Shown one piece after another: positions 8,501 to 16,922 of a stretch of DNA of 64,000 nt. The notes beneath the pieces are model-generated. The model saw only the letters and a program-made list of their open reading frames with translations. It did not search any database and was not told where the DNA came from. How positions within the stretch are numbered: the stretch's first letter is position 1; each line of letters starts with the position of its first letter. The position numbers and the translations under genes are program-made. Source of the DNA: Bacteroidales bacterium (GTDB lineage Bacteria; Bacteroidota; Bacteroidia; Bacteroidales; ML635J-15); NCBI GenBank assembly GCA_017617125.1, contig JAFZWY010000002.1, positions 3,386-67,385 on the forward strand, given 5' to 3'.

Positions 8501-10120
8501 GCAATTCGCATTTTCATGAGCCAAAACTGTAACATACAATACGGTATCGTATGTACAACCAAAATTATCGGTTGCCGAGAACGTGTACGCAACCTGTCCT
8601 GGAGTATCAGGGGTTGCGGTATTTGTTGTACCTGGGTCTGGACTTACTACTTGCTGACCTTCCCACGAAAAAGCATCATCCTCGTATGAATTCTGGAAAG
8701 ATATGATGTTGTCACCGGCAGGAATAAGATAGTCGGCGAAGTGAAGTTCGGTCTGGAATACGGTTCCGTCATCTACGCCCATATTATCGACAAAGATAAC
8801 GCACCATTCACCATTGATTGGGCATCCTACCAAAGCGGTAAAATTATCTACAGGCTGGTAATTACCTGCAGGCAATGGATTGCTGTAACTTGGGCAGTTT
8901 GCAGACATAAGTCCGTTGTTGTTGCTGGCAGTCCAATAATAGTCATAACCGACACCAACCCACTGTGGACCATCGTTGCAAGAATTTTGTCCTTGCGTAT
9001 CATAATCGACAGCCTCGCCGAAGTAACCGCCGCCACAGGCCTGTTCGAACAATGTCATACGCTGTCCGTTGGGGCATTGTATATAAATATCAAGGTCACC
9101 CATATACGAATGCTCCATCTGCATACCGATTGATTCGATGTCGGCTGCCGACTGGATGGTCTGTCCTGGAGCAAATGCCGCGTATGTAAAACAACTAATC
9201 TGTTCCTCGTCGATATGGTCGTCGTCGAAGCAATGCTGCTCGTAGTTAACTTCAGGTATTGTCATCTGCCACTCATCTGGCGGATTAACTACACCACTGA
9301 GCTGGGCAGTTCCTCCTGGGCATACTTCGGGGGTAACCGCAGTTCCCGCAAATGTTGGTGGCACTGATATATAAACAGTTACTGTATTTGAAATTGCCGT
9401 ACATCTGTTGTCATCGGTAACTGTCAATGTATAGAAATATGCACCTGGTGCAAGTGGTTCTGAGAGTTCCGACAAGCCCAAGCCAGTGAAAACCTGCGTT
9501 CCCTGGTCGCTAAGTGCGCTCCATGAAAACGTTGAAGTTTCTATTGATTGATGATAATCTACATCATTGTTGTTAAAAAGAACCTCAGACGATACTATTC
9601 CACCCGAGCATCCAAGATATGCATCTTCTGCTGCATTGAACACAGCCTCCGGAGTGATGTTTACGGTAAAATCCTGACATGGAGCACGACATGTTATGCT
9701 GATCTGGAAGCCTGCCCTATTGACTGAACCGTCGCTACGCCAATATATCGTAAGGCAATTGCCTGGGGTTGATTCGAATGTCTGTGTAGGAACAGTTGTA
9801 CCGTCAACTTGTGCGAGCATAGTTCCTCCAGTATTCGAACCGTCATAAAACCTTAAATAGTCGAAGCTTGATTCTGTATTCAAAGCAACAATTTCTGCGA
9901 CCACTGCCGAGTTTGCATTTTCCGCACAGAATGTGATAGTATAAGTCTCGCTGTTCTGATAATTGCCATTGGGACCTCCCGAGTCGTACAACGTAGCACT
10001 ACAAGTAGTCACGACACGTCCACTTGAATTGAGGTTTATAGTCTGCGACATTGCGTCAGTACCGTATAGCAACAGCAACGACGGCAATAATATGTATATT
10101 ATGTATATAATCTTTTTCAT
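5513..10120 (-). CDS. Giant T9SS-secreted adhesin-like surface protein (CUB-like N-domain, proprotein-convertase P-domain, SprB-type repeats, PKD domains, type B T9SS C-terminal domain)
   Basis: 1535 aa with signal peptide MKKIIYIIYILLPSLLLLYG. P-domain signature MEHSYMGDLDIYIQCPNGQ. Repeated Cys-led units such as CFESHDGAISVQAGGGTGDLRYIW and CHGGNDGEARIFVDGATPPYTYLW. PKD-like FGDNDYS..HTYKNPGTFDV. The C-terminus FTPNGDGLNDCF...WDG...GIYQWY...GTVTMIR fits the gliding-motility type B CTD (TIGR04131). Confidence 0.9.
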   Translation of the reverse strand: MKKIIYIIYILLPSLLLLYGTDAMSQTINLNSSGRVVTTCSATLYDSGGPNGNYQNSETYTITFCAENANSAVVAEIVALNTESSFDYLRFYDGSNTGGTMLAQVDGTTVPTQTFESTPGNCLTIYWRSDGSVNRAGFQISITCRAPCQDFTVNITPEAVFNAAEDAYLGCSGGIVSSEVLFNNNDVDYHQSIETSTFSWSALSDQGTQVFTGLGLSELSEPLAPGAYFYTLTVTDDNRCTAISNTVTVYISVPPTFAGTAVTPEVCPGGTAQLSGVVNPPDEWQMTIPEVNYEQHCFDDDHIDEEQISCFTYAAFAPGQTIQSAADIESIGMQMEHSYMGDLDIYIQCPNGQRMTLFEQACGGGYFGEAVDYDTQGQNSCNDGPQWVGVGYDYYWTASNNNGLMSANCPSYSNPLPAGNYQPVDNFTALVGCPINGEWCVIFVDNMGVDDGTVFQTELHFADYLIPAGDNIISFQNSYEDDAFSWEGQQVVSPDPGTTNTATPDTPGQVAYTFSATDNFGCTYDTVLYVTVLAHENANCCILPTPEVASLPGLICSNRTNLSVNNFSNSNTGEWTVSAYPNGDDVNNSVTFTSPNSPNTQVIVNGWGTYTFRWTEKYLGRDDCLGFSEVTTNFQCQPTNTFVYTPVACFGDETSITYVGNMDANATFTWGFEGAFVQQGATPIGPHLVSWQTAGTHAVTLTVENNGCITADTLVSILNPEQLVIDSISVVNDPCYHSNGGSAVVVHHGGTAPMTYSWAAPGTELLNAGAGNYSLTITDANGCRADANFVISEPTEVVIQTVTSTNLTCFESHDGAISVQAGGGTGDLRYIWGDMGLGSAERVNLSAGEYFLTVVDDNNCSRDTYVALTQPELLLITITTDYAVCEGEPTPVRVDAFGGTPSYHYIWNTGSGEFEANNELSSSLSATTHYTAYVRDSHNCTSNVESMTITVSPKLVIDSIQLRQIKCYGHCDGRAELALRGGLPPLQYTWPSDTYIYDGICSGAYTVTVTDLIGCSVIGSFVITQPEDFIISRSMDSVSCHGGNDGEARIFVDGATPPYTYLWPNGNTTDILTTSAGSYNVTVHDSNGCRYTEEFVIPEPDPIIALPMSNTTICKGQTAVLTTAITGGSPYYDYRWMGPDSLQYNGTRFEVSPLVTSTYTLTIYDSHGCSVELAPVTVNVNPDLRIASVVTSNDTICRGDEALIYVEADGGNGGPYTITLQDGRVVPSPFTVRPDSTTMFYISLSDMCGTPSIMDSIEIFVHGYPDELFTASHVEGCAPLTVSFTPLTQEGSQYLWQFGDNDYSEENIVDHTYKNPGTFDVTMNVWSEHGCKIVKTVPDMIHVYPRPRALFDADMQAVSVLSAEVLFVNRSIDANRYFWFFGDQDSSTYESPRHTYSEIGEYEVVLVAQSDHYCTDTTSRFITVYNQFSFYAPTSFTPNGDGLNDCFRICGNGITNNNFLLTVYDRLGELVFKTTRFDPQASCDACSEGSWDGTDMGSKRKGDKVLENGIYQWYCQFEDVYGILHREQGTVTMIR

Positions 10121-10551
10121 CTTCCTAAGTATTTATTGTAATTAGAAACAAGCTTCTGCGAAGAATATATGCCGACCACATAGCCTGTGTTTCCTATCCT
10201 ATAAGTTTTTGATTTGTCAAAAGAAACTTCGAAATCGTATGCCATTATGTTAAAGCTACCTTCATCATAGGCCACCTCTTCTTCGCCTGCGGTCTTCGTA
10301 TCCTTATCGAAAAACCTCAAAGGCGGATATTTCTGCGCCATCGACGGTTCGGTTCTTTTTATCACATATCCGTTGTTCACAAACCAATTCCAATATTCTA
10401 TTTCCTGAGGAGACAGATTCAGCATATTATCAATATCCTCAGTCTGGAACCTGGAATACAGCTTGTTATCGGGAACAACAACACCTTGCTGCTGAGCAAA
10501 GATGCCTGCCGAGAAAACGAGAGCAATAAGCAACATCAATATCTTTTTCAT
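10117..10551 (-). CDS. Small secreted protein of unknown function, translationally coupled to the giant adhesin gene
   Basis: 144 aa with signal peptide MKKILMLLIALVFSAGIFAQ. Its TGA overlaps the ATG of the downstream gene (ATGA at 10117-10120). Confidence 0.7.
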   Translation of the reverse strand: MKKILMLLIALVFSAGIFAQQQGVVVPDNKLYSRFQTEDIDNMLNLSPQEIEYWNWFVNNGYVIKRTEPSMAQKYPPLRFFDKDTKTAGEEEVAYDEGSFNIMAYDFEVSFDKSKTYRIGNTGYVVGIYSSQKLVSNYNKYLGR

Positions 10552-10668
10552 GTTTCAGAAATAATTAAGTCAATAATAAAACGTAAAAAGTTACAAATGG
10601 TTGCCTGACAAACTGAAAAAAATTTTCACATTTTTTACATCAAGACACTATACACTTTTTACAACTTG

Positions 10669-10676
10669 CAAAGATA
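10669..10676 (-). promoter_or_regulatory. -7 promoter box TAtcTTTG, candidate promoter of the small-protein/adhesin operon
   Basis: The minus strand reads ttaaTAtcTTTGcaag. This would give an unusually long leader of about 115 nt. Confidence 0.35.
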
Positions 10677-10695
10677 TTAAAAAAGTTTTCACGAC

Positions 10696-10731
10696 AAAAA
10701 AAATGGGGCTGAAATTTCAGCCCCATTTTTT
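10696..10731 (-). terminator. Rho-independent terminator after the exbB-exbD operon
   Basis: Perfect palindrome aaaaaaaatggggctgaaatttcagccccatttttt. Confidence 0.85.
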
Positions 10732-10748
10732 ATTAATTGAAAGCAAGT

Positions 10749-11228
10749 CTAGTACCCCATGTCTTGACGAGCGGAGTAATTGATTTTCAATGCACTTGCC
10801 TTTCTTAATTCCTGTTTGATATCGGTTACGATACCCATCTTTGTATCCCTATGAACCTTCAGTGATGTAGTCATGAATGGTACTTCGGCCTCATCTCTTT
10901 CTGCACGTTCGGCGAGAATATACTCGTAAATGTCAGAAAGTTCGGCGAAAGAAGAGTTCAACTGGATCTTTGGTTCGGTACCATAAGTTTTCTGATACTG
11001 CTGCAAAGGCTTGCCGACATAAATGTAGCTTACCAGCGATTTCTTCTCAAGCTTCTTGATTTCGGTTGCTGTAGGAAGGTCTGAACCCTTTAATTCGATA
11101 AGGAGCTCCACCTCGCGCATGGTAGTAGAAACCATGAAGAAGAACAGAATCATGAATACGATATCAGGCAAAGATGCTGTAGAAATAGCACCTAAGGTTT
11201 TCTTTTTCTTTTTACCCATTACTGCCAT
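10749..11228 (-). CDS. exbD: ExbD/TolR family biopolymer transport protein
   Basis: 159 aa with a single N-terminal TM segment carrying the family signature LPDIVFMILFFFMVSTTM. Confidence 0.9.
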   Translation of the reverse strand: MAVMGKKKKKTLGAISTASLPDIVFMILFFFMVSTTMREVELLIELKGSDLPTATEIKKLEKKSLVSYIYVGKPLQQYQKTYGTEPKIQLNSSFAELSDIYEYILAERAERDEAEVPFMTTSLKVHRDTKMGIVTDIKQELRKASALKINYSARQDMGY

Positions 11229-11230
11229 AA

Positions 11231-11812
11231 TTACTTTCCTCCATAGTTTTTAGGTTCGGCTTCGGAGATACGCTGCGGATAAATCTTCCTGATAGCTTCC
11301 TGCTGTTCATCGTTAAGCTCGTCATACGGCTTGTTGAAGTACTTGCGGGCAGCCTCGTTACGTATCTCGTTGTAAGCGGCAACCAATTCGTTCTGAACTT
11401 CTATATAGCGACCATAAGTAGTACCGCGGTCGTTCTGCAGGGATATGATACCCTTTGATGTCTTTACTGTACCCTTGATTCCTTCGACAGTTATTTCCTC
11501 CATCTCAGGAAGCGTAGGATCATCGGCCCTATCGCAATTGATGAATTTCTTGGCATCTTCGCGAAGCTTATCCAAATCCATCCATTTCTGGTTTACAGAT
11601 ATATTGCCCCTTGAGTTTACGAGCACCAGATAGGTATTACGCTTATTGACCTCAACATCGGTCTTCTGGTCCTTTTCCGGAATAGGTGGCAACTGGCGCT
11701 GGATACCAGTATCGACATCCATAGTAGTTGTCACAAGGAAGAATATAAGGAGCAGGAAAGCGATATCCGCCATGGAGCTTGCGTTAATTTCCGGGGTTGC
11801 TCTTTTTGCCAT
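11231..11812 (-). CDS. exbD: ExbD/TolR family biopolymer transport protein (second copy)
   Basis: 193 aa with signature SSMADIAFLLLIFFLVTTTMD. It lies 2 nt from the next gene. Confidence 0.9.
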   Translation of the reverse strand: MAKRATPEINASSMADIAFLLLIFFLVTTTMDVDTGIQRQLPPIPEKDQKTDVEVNKRNTYLVLVNSRGNISVNQKWMDLDKLREDAKKFINCDRADDPTLPEMEEITVEGIKGTVKTSKGIISLQNDRGTTYGRYIEVQNELVAAYNEIRNEAARKYFNKPYDELNDEQQEAIRKIYPQRISEAEPKNYGGK

Positions 11813-11838
11813 AATATTAACCTTTTAAAAATTAACAA

Positions 11839-12363
11839 TTACTTCCACAATCTTGAAATTGCGCCGTAAACAAGCGCCAAAATTGCAGCGGCACCTGCGA
11901 TGTATGTCATCCACAAGCCTGCCTCTGCAAGCTTAATGTCGCCATATGCATCACCTGGTGTATAACCGGCCTTAACAATACCAATTGTATGAGGTGCTAT
12001 ACCATCGGCCAATGCCCAAGAAATAACAACAACAACTACGATTGCGACGATTGCTATAGCAGGCTTAATCAAAGACTTCGGAGAAGCAATACCATCAGCT
12101 ACAACACCGCCTATTTCGAAGATTACAAACATAGCAGCACACAAGAGTGCCAAGAATTCGCAGGCGTACATAATAAAGCCGCCCCAATTGGTCGCTGCTG
12201 CATCAACGCCTTCGATCTTCTCTGCGCCGGTAGCTCCATCGAGAGCATCCATTGCAGCCTGCATTTCAGACGCTTCGCCAGGCAGTACGAAGAACAGCAC
12301 AGAGATAACTGCTGCCGCTCCTAACACGACCCAACCTAATATTTTAGTTATTTTCTCTAACAT
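11839..12363 (-). CDS. Integral membrane protein of unknown function (about 4 TM) embedded in the exbB-exbD operon
   Basis: 174 aa, rich in G/A/I/V, with four hydrophobic segments. It lies between exbB and exbD with 25-26 nt gaps. Confidence 0.7.
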   Translation of the reverse strand: MLEKITKILGWVVLGAAAVISVLFFVLPGEASEMQAAMDALDGATGAEKIEGVDAAATNWGGFIMYACEFLALLCAAMFVIFEIGGVVADGIASPKSLIKPAIAIVAIVVVVVISWALADGIAPHTIGIVKAGYTPGDAYGDIKLAEAGLWMTYIAGAAAILALVYGAISRLWK

Positions 12364-12389
12364 CTCTGTAATTTTTTAATTGACGACAA

Positions 12390-13202
12390 TTAGTTATTAG
12401 CCTTTCTTTCGTAATCAACGAGGATGTCAACGAGAGAAATCGAAGCATCTTCCATTGTATTTACCAAAGTATCGATCTTACCCAAGATATAGTTGTAGAA
12501 TACCTGAAGGATCATAGCACCGATCAAACCGCCTACGGTAGTGATAAGAGCGACCTTGATACCACCAGCAACAACTGCAGGGTTGATATCACCAGCAGCT
12601 TCGATAGCATCGAATGCGCCGATCATACCGATAACTGTACCCATAAATCCCAACATAGGAAGAAGAGCGATGAACAACGAAATCCAGGTCAAGCCCTTTT
12701 CCATCTGGCCCATCTGAACCGAGCCGTAAGAAACAACCGACTTTTCAACCATGTCGATTCCTTCCGGATATCTTGAAAGTCCCTGATAGAATATGCTTGC
12801 GACAGGACCACGAGTGTTGCGGCAAACATCCATAGCAGCGTCAACACCGCCTTCGTTCAAAGCGTTTTCTATCTTAGTCAACAACTTCTTTGTATTTACA
12901 GTAGCAAGGTTCAAGTAGATGATTCTTTCGAAAGCGATAGCCAAACCGAGAATCAAAGCTACAAGCAAGAATCCCATAAATATAGGACCACCTTCGATGA
13001 TCTTTATCTTCAACTGCTGGTGGAAAGGCTTTTCTTCTGTTGCTTCTGGAACTGTTTCGTCAGCTGCAACTGGTTCATCCTGTGCAACAGCTTCGGTCTG
13101 TGCCGGAGCAGCCTGTTCTTCTGTCTTTTCGTCTTGTGCAAATGTAGCAGTTGCAAAAGTCAGCAAACCTGCCAATGTAAGTAACGAGATTAACTTTTTC
13201 AT
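12390..13202 (-). CDS. exbB: MotA/TolQ/ExbB proton-channel family protein
   Basis: 270 aa with a signal peptide and an acidic low-complexity N-terminal region. Three TM segments follow, with LPMLGFMGTVIGMIGAF typical of ExbB/TolQ. Confidence 0.9.
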   Translation of the reverse strand: MKKLISLLTLAGLLTFATATFAQDEKTEEQAAPAQTEAVAQDEPVAADETVPEATEEKPFHQQLKIKIIEGGPIFMGFLLVALILGLAIAFERIIYLNLATVNTKKLLTKIENALNEGGVDAAMDVCRNTRGPVASIFYQGLSRYPEGIDMVEKSVVSYGSVQMGQMEKGLTWISLFIALLPMLGFMGTVIGMIGAFDAIEAAGDINPAVVAGGIKVALITTVGGLIGAMILQVFYNYILGKIDTLVNTMEDASISLVDILVDYERKANN

Positions 13203-13297
13203 GACTAAATTCTGTTTTTAATAATTAATTCTAATTCTTTATTTACCTATTTATTTTATAATTCAATTTACTTATTCAATTCAATCTCAACCCATTC

Positions 13298-13390
13298 TGG
13301 CGGAGAGAGTGGGATTCGAACCCACGATACGGCTTCACGCCGCATACACACTTTCCAGGCGTGCGCCTTCAACCGCTCGGCCATCTCTCC
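13298..13390 (-). tRNA. tRNA-Ser (anticodon GGA), CCA encoded
   Basis: Acceptor stem GGAGAGA/TCTCTCC, anticodon stem-loop CACGC-CTGGAAA-GTGTG, long variable arm, T-loop GTGGG-TTCGAAT-CCCAC. Confidence 0.9.
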
Positions 13391-13411
13391 AGTGCGCCCA
13401 AAAAGGACTTG

Positions 13412-13419
13412 CAAAGTAA
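13412..13419 (-). promoter_or_regulatory. -7-like box TTacTTTG upstream of tRNA-Ser
   Basis: The minus strand reads tctTTacTTTGcaag, 21 nt before the tRNA 5' end. Confidence 0.4.
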
Positions 13420-13535
13420 AGAATTATTTAAGTGAAATAAAAATTTTTAATGATTTTTTTTCGCGTCGTAATGCAAATATATGGTATAAAGTCGAAAAAT
13501 TACCTTGCAACATTTTGACAAACAAACATATACTG

Positions 13536-14312
13536 CTAAGCAATCCCAAAAAGTTTTTTTGCATTCTGCGATGTAATTTCACATACTTTACCGTAGTCTA
13601 GCGCCAGAAGCGACGACAATTTTTCGGCGACACACGACACATAAGAGGACTCGTTACGTCTTCCACGGTGCGGAACCGGTGCCAGATACGGGGAATCGGT
13701 CTCCAATACAATACTCGACAGAGGTATCTGCTCTACCACTTCGGGCAATTGCGACTTCTTGTAGGTAAGAACGCCGCCAATACCTATTTTAAAACCAATA
13801 TCCAGCACTTGCTTTGCCGCCTCGTAATTTTCCGAAAAGCAATGGAACACTCCGGTCAAGCCTCTACCATTGTATGCCGACATCACATCCATAATCTGCG
13901 CGAAGGCGTTACGGCAATGAATAATAACTGGAAGATTATTCTTCAGGGCATAGTCGAGCTGAAAATCAAACGCCACTTTCTGTTCCTTTATATATGTGTC
14001 GTCCCAGTACAAGTCCATGCCCACTTCGCCTATCGCCACCACGTTTGGCAACGAATCGAATGTCGAACGGGAAAAGATAACATCAAGTTCTGTCCTGAAA
14101 TCAGATTTTACCGACGTCGGATGCAGTCCGTTTGCAACATAAAAATAACTGGTGTCTGATTTTGCTAGCGACGAAAGCCGCTCAAGCGAAGAGCTATCGA
14201 TATTCGGAAGAATTATTTTTTCTACCCCAGCTTCCTTTGCTCTTTTTACGGTCTCGCTCCTATCGTCGTCGAACTCCTCTGAATATATATGCGAATGCGT
14301 ATCTATCAGCAT
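13536..14312 (-). CDS. TatD family metal-dependent hydrolase/DNase
   Basis: 258 aa with N-terminal MLIDTHSHIY (HxH metal site) and a conserved TatD/YabD layout. Confidence 0.9.
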   Translation of the reverse strand: MLIDTHSHIYSEEFDDDRSETVKRAKEAGVEKIILPNIDSSSLERLSSLAKSDTSYFYVANGLHPTSVKSDFRTELDVIFSRSTFDSLPNVVAIGEVGMDLYWDDTYIKEQKVAFDFQLDYALKNNLPVIIHCRNAFAQIMDVMSAYNGRGLTGVFHCFSENYEAAKQVLDIGFKIGIGGVLTYKKSQLPEVVEQIPLSSIVLETDSPYLAPVPHRGRRNESSYVSCVAEKLSSLLALDYGKVCEITSQNAKKLFGIA

Positions 14313-14317
14313 GGCAA

Positions 14318-15436
14318 TTAACGCTTTAATGAGAATATCTTTCCAGGCAACGACACTATTGCACCCTTCATCTCGAGCTGTAATAAAATAAGGCTCAACT
14401 CGTTCGGTGTTGTTTCGGTCTGGCGGCGCAGGTTATCGATGTCGAGGAACTCGTACTTTGCTAGCACATCTGTCACTTTTTTCTCGTCGGCGGTCAGTTC
14501 GAACTGAAAGTCGAGAGTTGGCATTTTACTCTGCGTACGTGACGTCCAGTTCATTATGTACTCGAAGTCGTCGAACGACTCGCAGAGGTTGGCGCGGTTG
14601 GTCTTGATAAGTCTGTTGCAGCCCTTGCTGTATGTCGAGGTGACATTGCCTGGCAGTGCGAAAACATCCTTGTTGTAGTTGTTTGCTATGTTGGCCGTAA
14701 TAATAGAACCGCCCTTCTCGCCCGACTCCACCACTAGCAAGGCGTCGCACAATCCTGCCACGATTCGGTTTCGCCTGACAAAGTTCGACGGATCGATCTT
14801 GGTGCCATGCGGAAAATCGGAAATCAACGCGCCATTGCTTGCAAGCATCTTGTCGGCGACCTTTTTATGCAACGACGGATATATTGTCTCGAGGCTATGA
14901 CCAAGCACCGCCCATGTCTTCAAGTTGTTTTCGAGTGCTGCCTTGTGCGCTGTAACATCTATACCATAAGCCAAACCACTCACAACTATAGCATCTGGAT
15001 ACCTATTTGCCAGTTCGGCGACAAATTCGTTGCAGAACTCAACTCCATATTTTGTCGCGTTTCTTGTCCCCACAATACTGACAATATGCCTTGACGAAAA
15101 ATCGGGCATACCTTTATAATATAGTATTGCCGGTGAGTCGGCGCACTCGCGCAAGCGCTCAGGGTAGGCATCGTCGGCGAAAGTAACGAAACCTACATCG
15201 TTGGCATACACATACTTAAGTTCCTCTTCCGCAGCCACAAGCGCCGATTCGAAATTGGAATACAGCCGCGAAGCCACAACTTCGCCGATGCCCTGCACCG
15301 ACTTAAGCTGCTTGTACGACGAATGGAACATATTCTTGGCCGAGCCAAAATGGGAAATCAATTTCTTGGCGTTGATGTCGCCAATTCCATGAACGAACGT
15401 AACGGCGACGTCGTAAAGTCTGTCGTCGTCGAACAT
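14318..15436 (-). CDS. dprA: DNA-processing protein DprA (Smf)
   Basis: 372 aa with Rossmann-like DprA core IVGTRNATKYG...VVSGLAYGIDVTAHKAAL...GGSIITA and a C-terminal winged-helix-like tail. Confidence 0.9.
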   Translation of the reverse strand: MFDDDRLYDVAVTFVHGIGDINAKKLISHFGSAKNMFHSSYKQLKSVQGIGEVVASRLYSNFESALVAAEEELKYVYANDVGFVTFADDAYPERLRECADSPAILYYKGMPDFSSRHIVSIVGTRNATKYGVEFCNEFVAELANRYPDAIVVSGLAYGIDVTAHKAALENNLKTWAVLGHSLETIYPSLHKKVADKMLASNGALISDFPHGTKIDPSNFVRRNRIVAGLCDALLVVESGEKGGSIITANIANNYNKDVFALPGNVTSTYSKGCNRLIKTNRANLCESFDDFEYIMNWTSRTQSKMPTLDFQFELTADEKKVTDVLAKYEFLDIDNLRRQTETTPNELSLILLQLEMKGAIVSLPGKIFSLKR

Positions 15437-15438
15437 AC

Positions 15439-15894
15439 CTATCTTTTAAGGGACTCAAGGTCAGACATCATATCCTGCAGTTCATTCTCCGACAAGACAG
15501 AAACACTAATCGGTTTGAACTTGGCTGTACCGTTTGGTGTACGCACATATATTACGACCATCTTGCGCATACCCATGTGCGACTTCTCAAGCTCGATGCC
15601 CACAAAGTCCTTCTTAGGAATCTCCAGCTTGAAGTTTCCTGCCGAAAACAACCCGAGCGAAGTGTATTTCAATATTATCTTGAACCCATCGGAATTGTAG
15701 TAGATGTAGTTGAATTTCTTTGCAAACAGATATGCCTCGAGAAGAACAAACAGCCCGATACATGTATATTCCAGTATATGCTTTGGAACCCATGTATAAA
15801 TAAGATCGAGCACAATAACAGCCGCAAGCACCAGTATCGCCAGCATGTAACCGAGCTTTATCCGTGACGAAATCTCCTTAGTATCAATAACCAT
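15439..15894 (-). CDS. Membrane protein of unknown function (2 TM plus small soluble domain)
   Basis: 151 aa. It lies 2 nt upstream of dprA and heads the hyp-dprA-tatD gene string. Confidence 0.65.
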   Translation of the reverse strand: MVIDTKEISSRIKLGYMLAILVLAAVIVLDLIYTWVPKHILEYTCIGLFVLLEAYLFAKKFNYIYYNSDGFKIILKYTSLGLFSAGNFKLEIPKKDFVGIELEKSHMGMRKMVVIYVRTPNGTAKFKPISVSVLSENELQDMMSDLESLKR

Positions 15895-15916
15895 AGCTAT
15901 ATATTTTATTAAGGTG

Positions 15917-15924
15917 CAAAGGTA
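15917..15924 (-). promoter_or_regulatory. -7 promoter box TAccTTTG
   Basis: The minus strand reads catTAccTTTGcacc, with 22 nt to ATG 15894. Confidence 0.55.
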
Positions 15925-16026
15925 ATGTTATTTTTCCGAATCGGCATATTAACGAAATAATAAAACCAATATTATTTTTTCACAAAAAAAGAACGAAAAA
16001 AATTTTGTTGATAAAAATATTTGTGT

Positions 16027-16034
16027 TTACTTTG
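16027..16034 (+). promoter_or_regulatory. -7-like box TTacTTTG of the 16076 lipoprotein gene
   Basis: The sequence is gtgtttactttgccg, about 41 nt before the ATG. Confidence 0.35.
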
Positions 16035-16075
16035 CCGTCTGTATCATTAGAAGTCTTAATTTAGAATTGTAAAGT

Positions 16076-16861
16076 ATGAATGCAAAAAGATTATTGGGCT
16101 ACACGGTTGCCATCATATTGTTGGCTCTTCCGATAGTATTTTCAGGATGCAAAAAAGGAGATGAAGACCCATTCTTAACATTCCGTAGCAGAAAGGCTAG
16201 GCTTTGTGGAACATGGACTGTATCCAATCTCAATTCAGAGATAGTCAGAAAAGAAAATAATATAAGTACAAAAACTGTAACTACAGTAGAAGACGGTTCC
16301 TGGAAACAAGTTATAACTATTCCAAGTTCCGACAGTACAAGAACCTTGACAGGAAAGATTGCTATTGATCCGGGACAGGAAGAAGGCACATACACATTCT
16401 TCTTCGACAAGAACGGAGTTGCCAAGATGGTATATAAATACGAATTCGACGAAGACCAATCTGGTGAAGACGACGATGCATCTGTAATACACAGGACCGA
16501 AGTTACCGAAGAAATGACAGGTTCGTGGGAATTCCTTTCTGGCATCGACAACGAATACAAGAACAAGGAAAGAATTGCTTTCATTATCGAAGAACAAAAG
16601 ACTACCACAAAGGTATCTGAAATAATTTCGAGCGACGATGAAGGAGGTGCCGTAATACCTCGTACAATAAGCACCAATGTTGCAAGCGACAGATACGCTA
16701 AAGGCGAATTGAGCATTGTTTACAACATTGTTGAACTTAGAAACAAGGAAGTAAAGCTCCACCAGGATGTTAATAGATTCCATCTTAGCGCTCAAAACAC
16801 TACCAGCGAAACTTATCAGGAAAATGGTCATGAAGACCTCACTTTGAAACTGAGAAAATAA
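16076..16861 (+). CDS. Lipoprotein of unknown function
   Basis: 261 aa with lipobox LLALPIVFSGC, its own promoter-like box and a downstream terminator. The two long antisense ORFs on the minus strand are rejected. Confidence 0.75.
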   Translation: MNAKRLLGYTVAIILLALPIVFSGCKKGDEDPFLTFRSRKARLCGTWTVSNLNSEIVRKENNISTKTVTTVEDGSWKQVITIPSSDSTRTLTGKIAIDPGQEEGTYTFFFDKNGVAKMVYKYEFDEDQSGEDDDASVIHRTEVTEEMTGSWEFLSGIDNEYKNKERIAFIIEEQKTTTKVSEIISSDDEGGAVIPRTISTNVASDRYAKGELSIVYNIVELRNKEVKLHQDVNRFHLSAQNTTSETYQENGHEDLTLKLRK

Positions 16862-16877
16862 GCATAACAGATGATAC

Positions 16878-16908
16878 AAAAAAAGGCTCGGAAATCCGAG
16901 CCTTTTTT
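16878..16908. terminator. Bidirectional terminator between convergent genes
   Basis: The sequence is aaaaaaaggctcggaaatccgagcctttttt. Confidence 0.8.
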
Positions 16909-16922
16909 ATTTGCCATAGTTC

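Noticed and set aside
16099-16879. Two long minus-strand ORFs (205 and 214 aa) overlapping the 16076..16861 lipoprotein gene
   Set aside because: Only the plus-strand ORF has a lipoprotein signal, an upstream promoter-like box and a downstream terminator. The minus-strand products are low-complexity.
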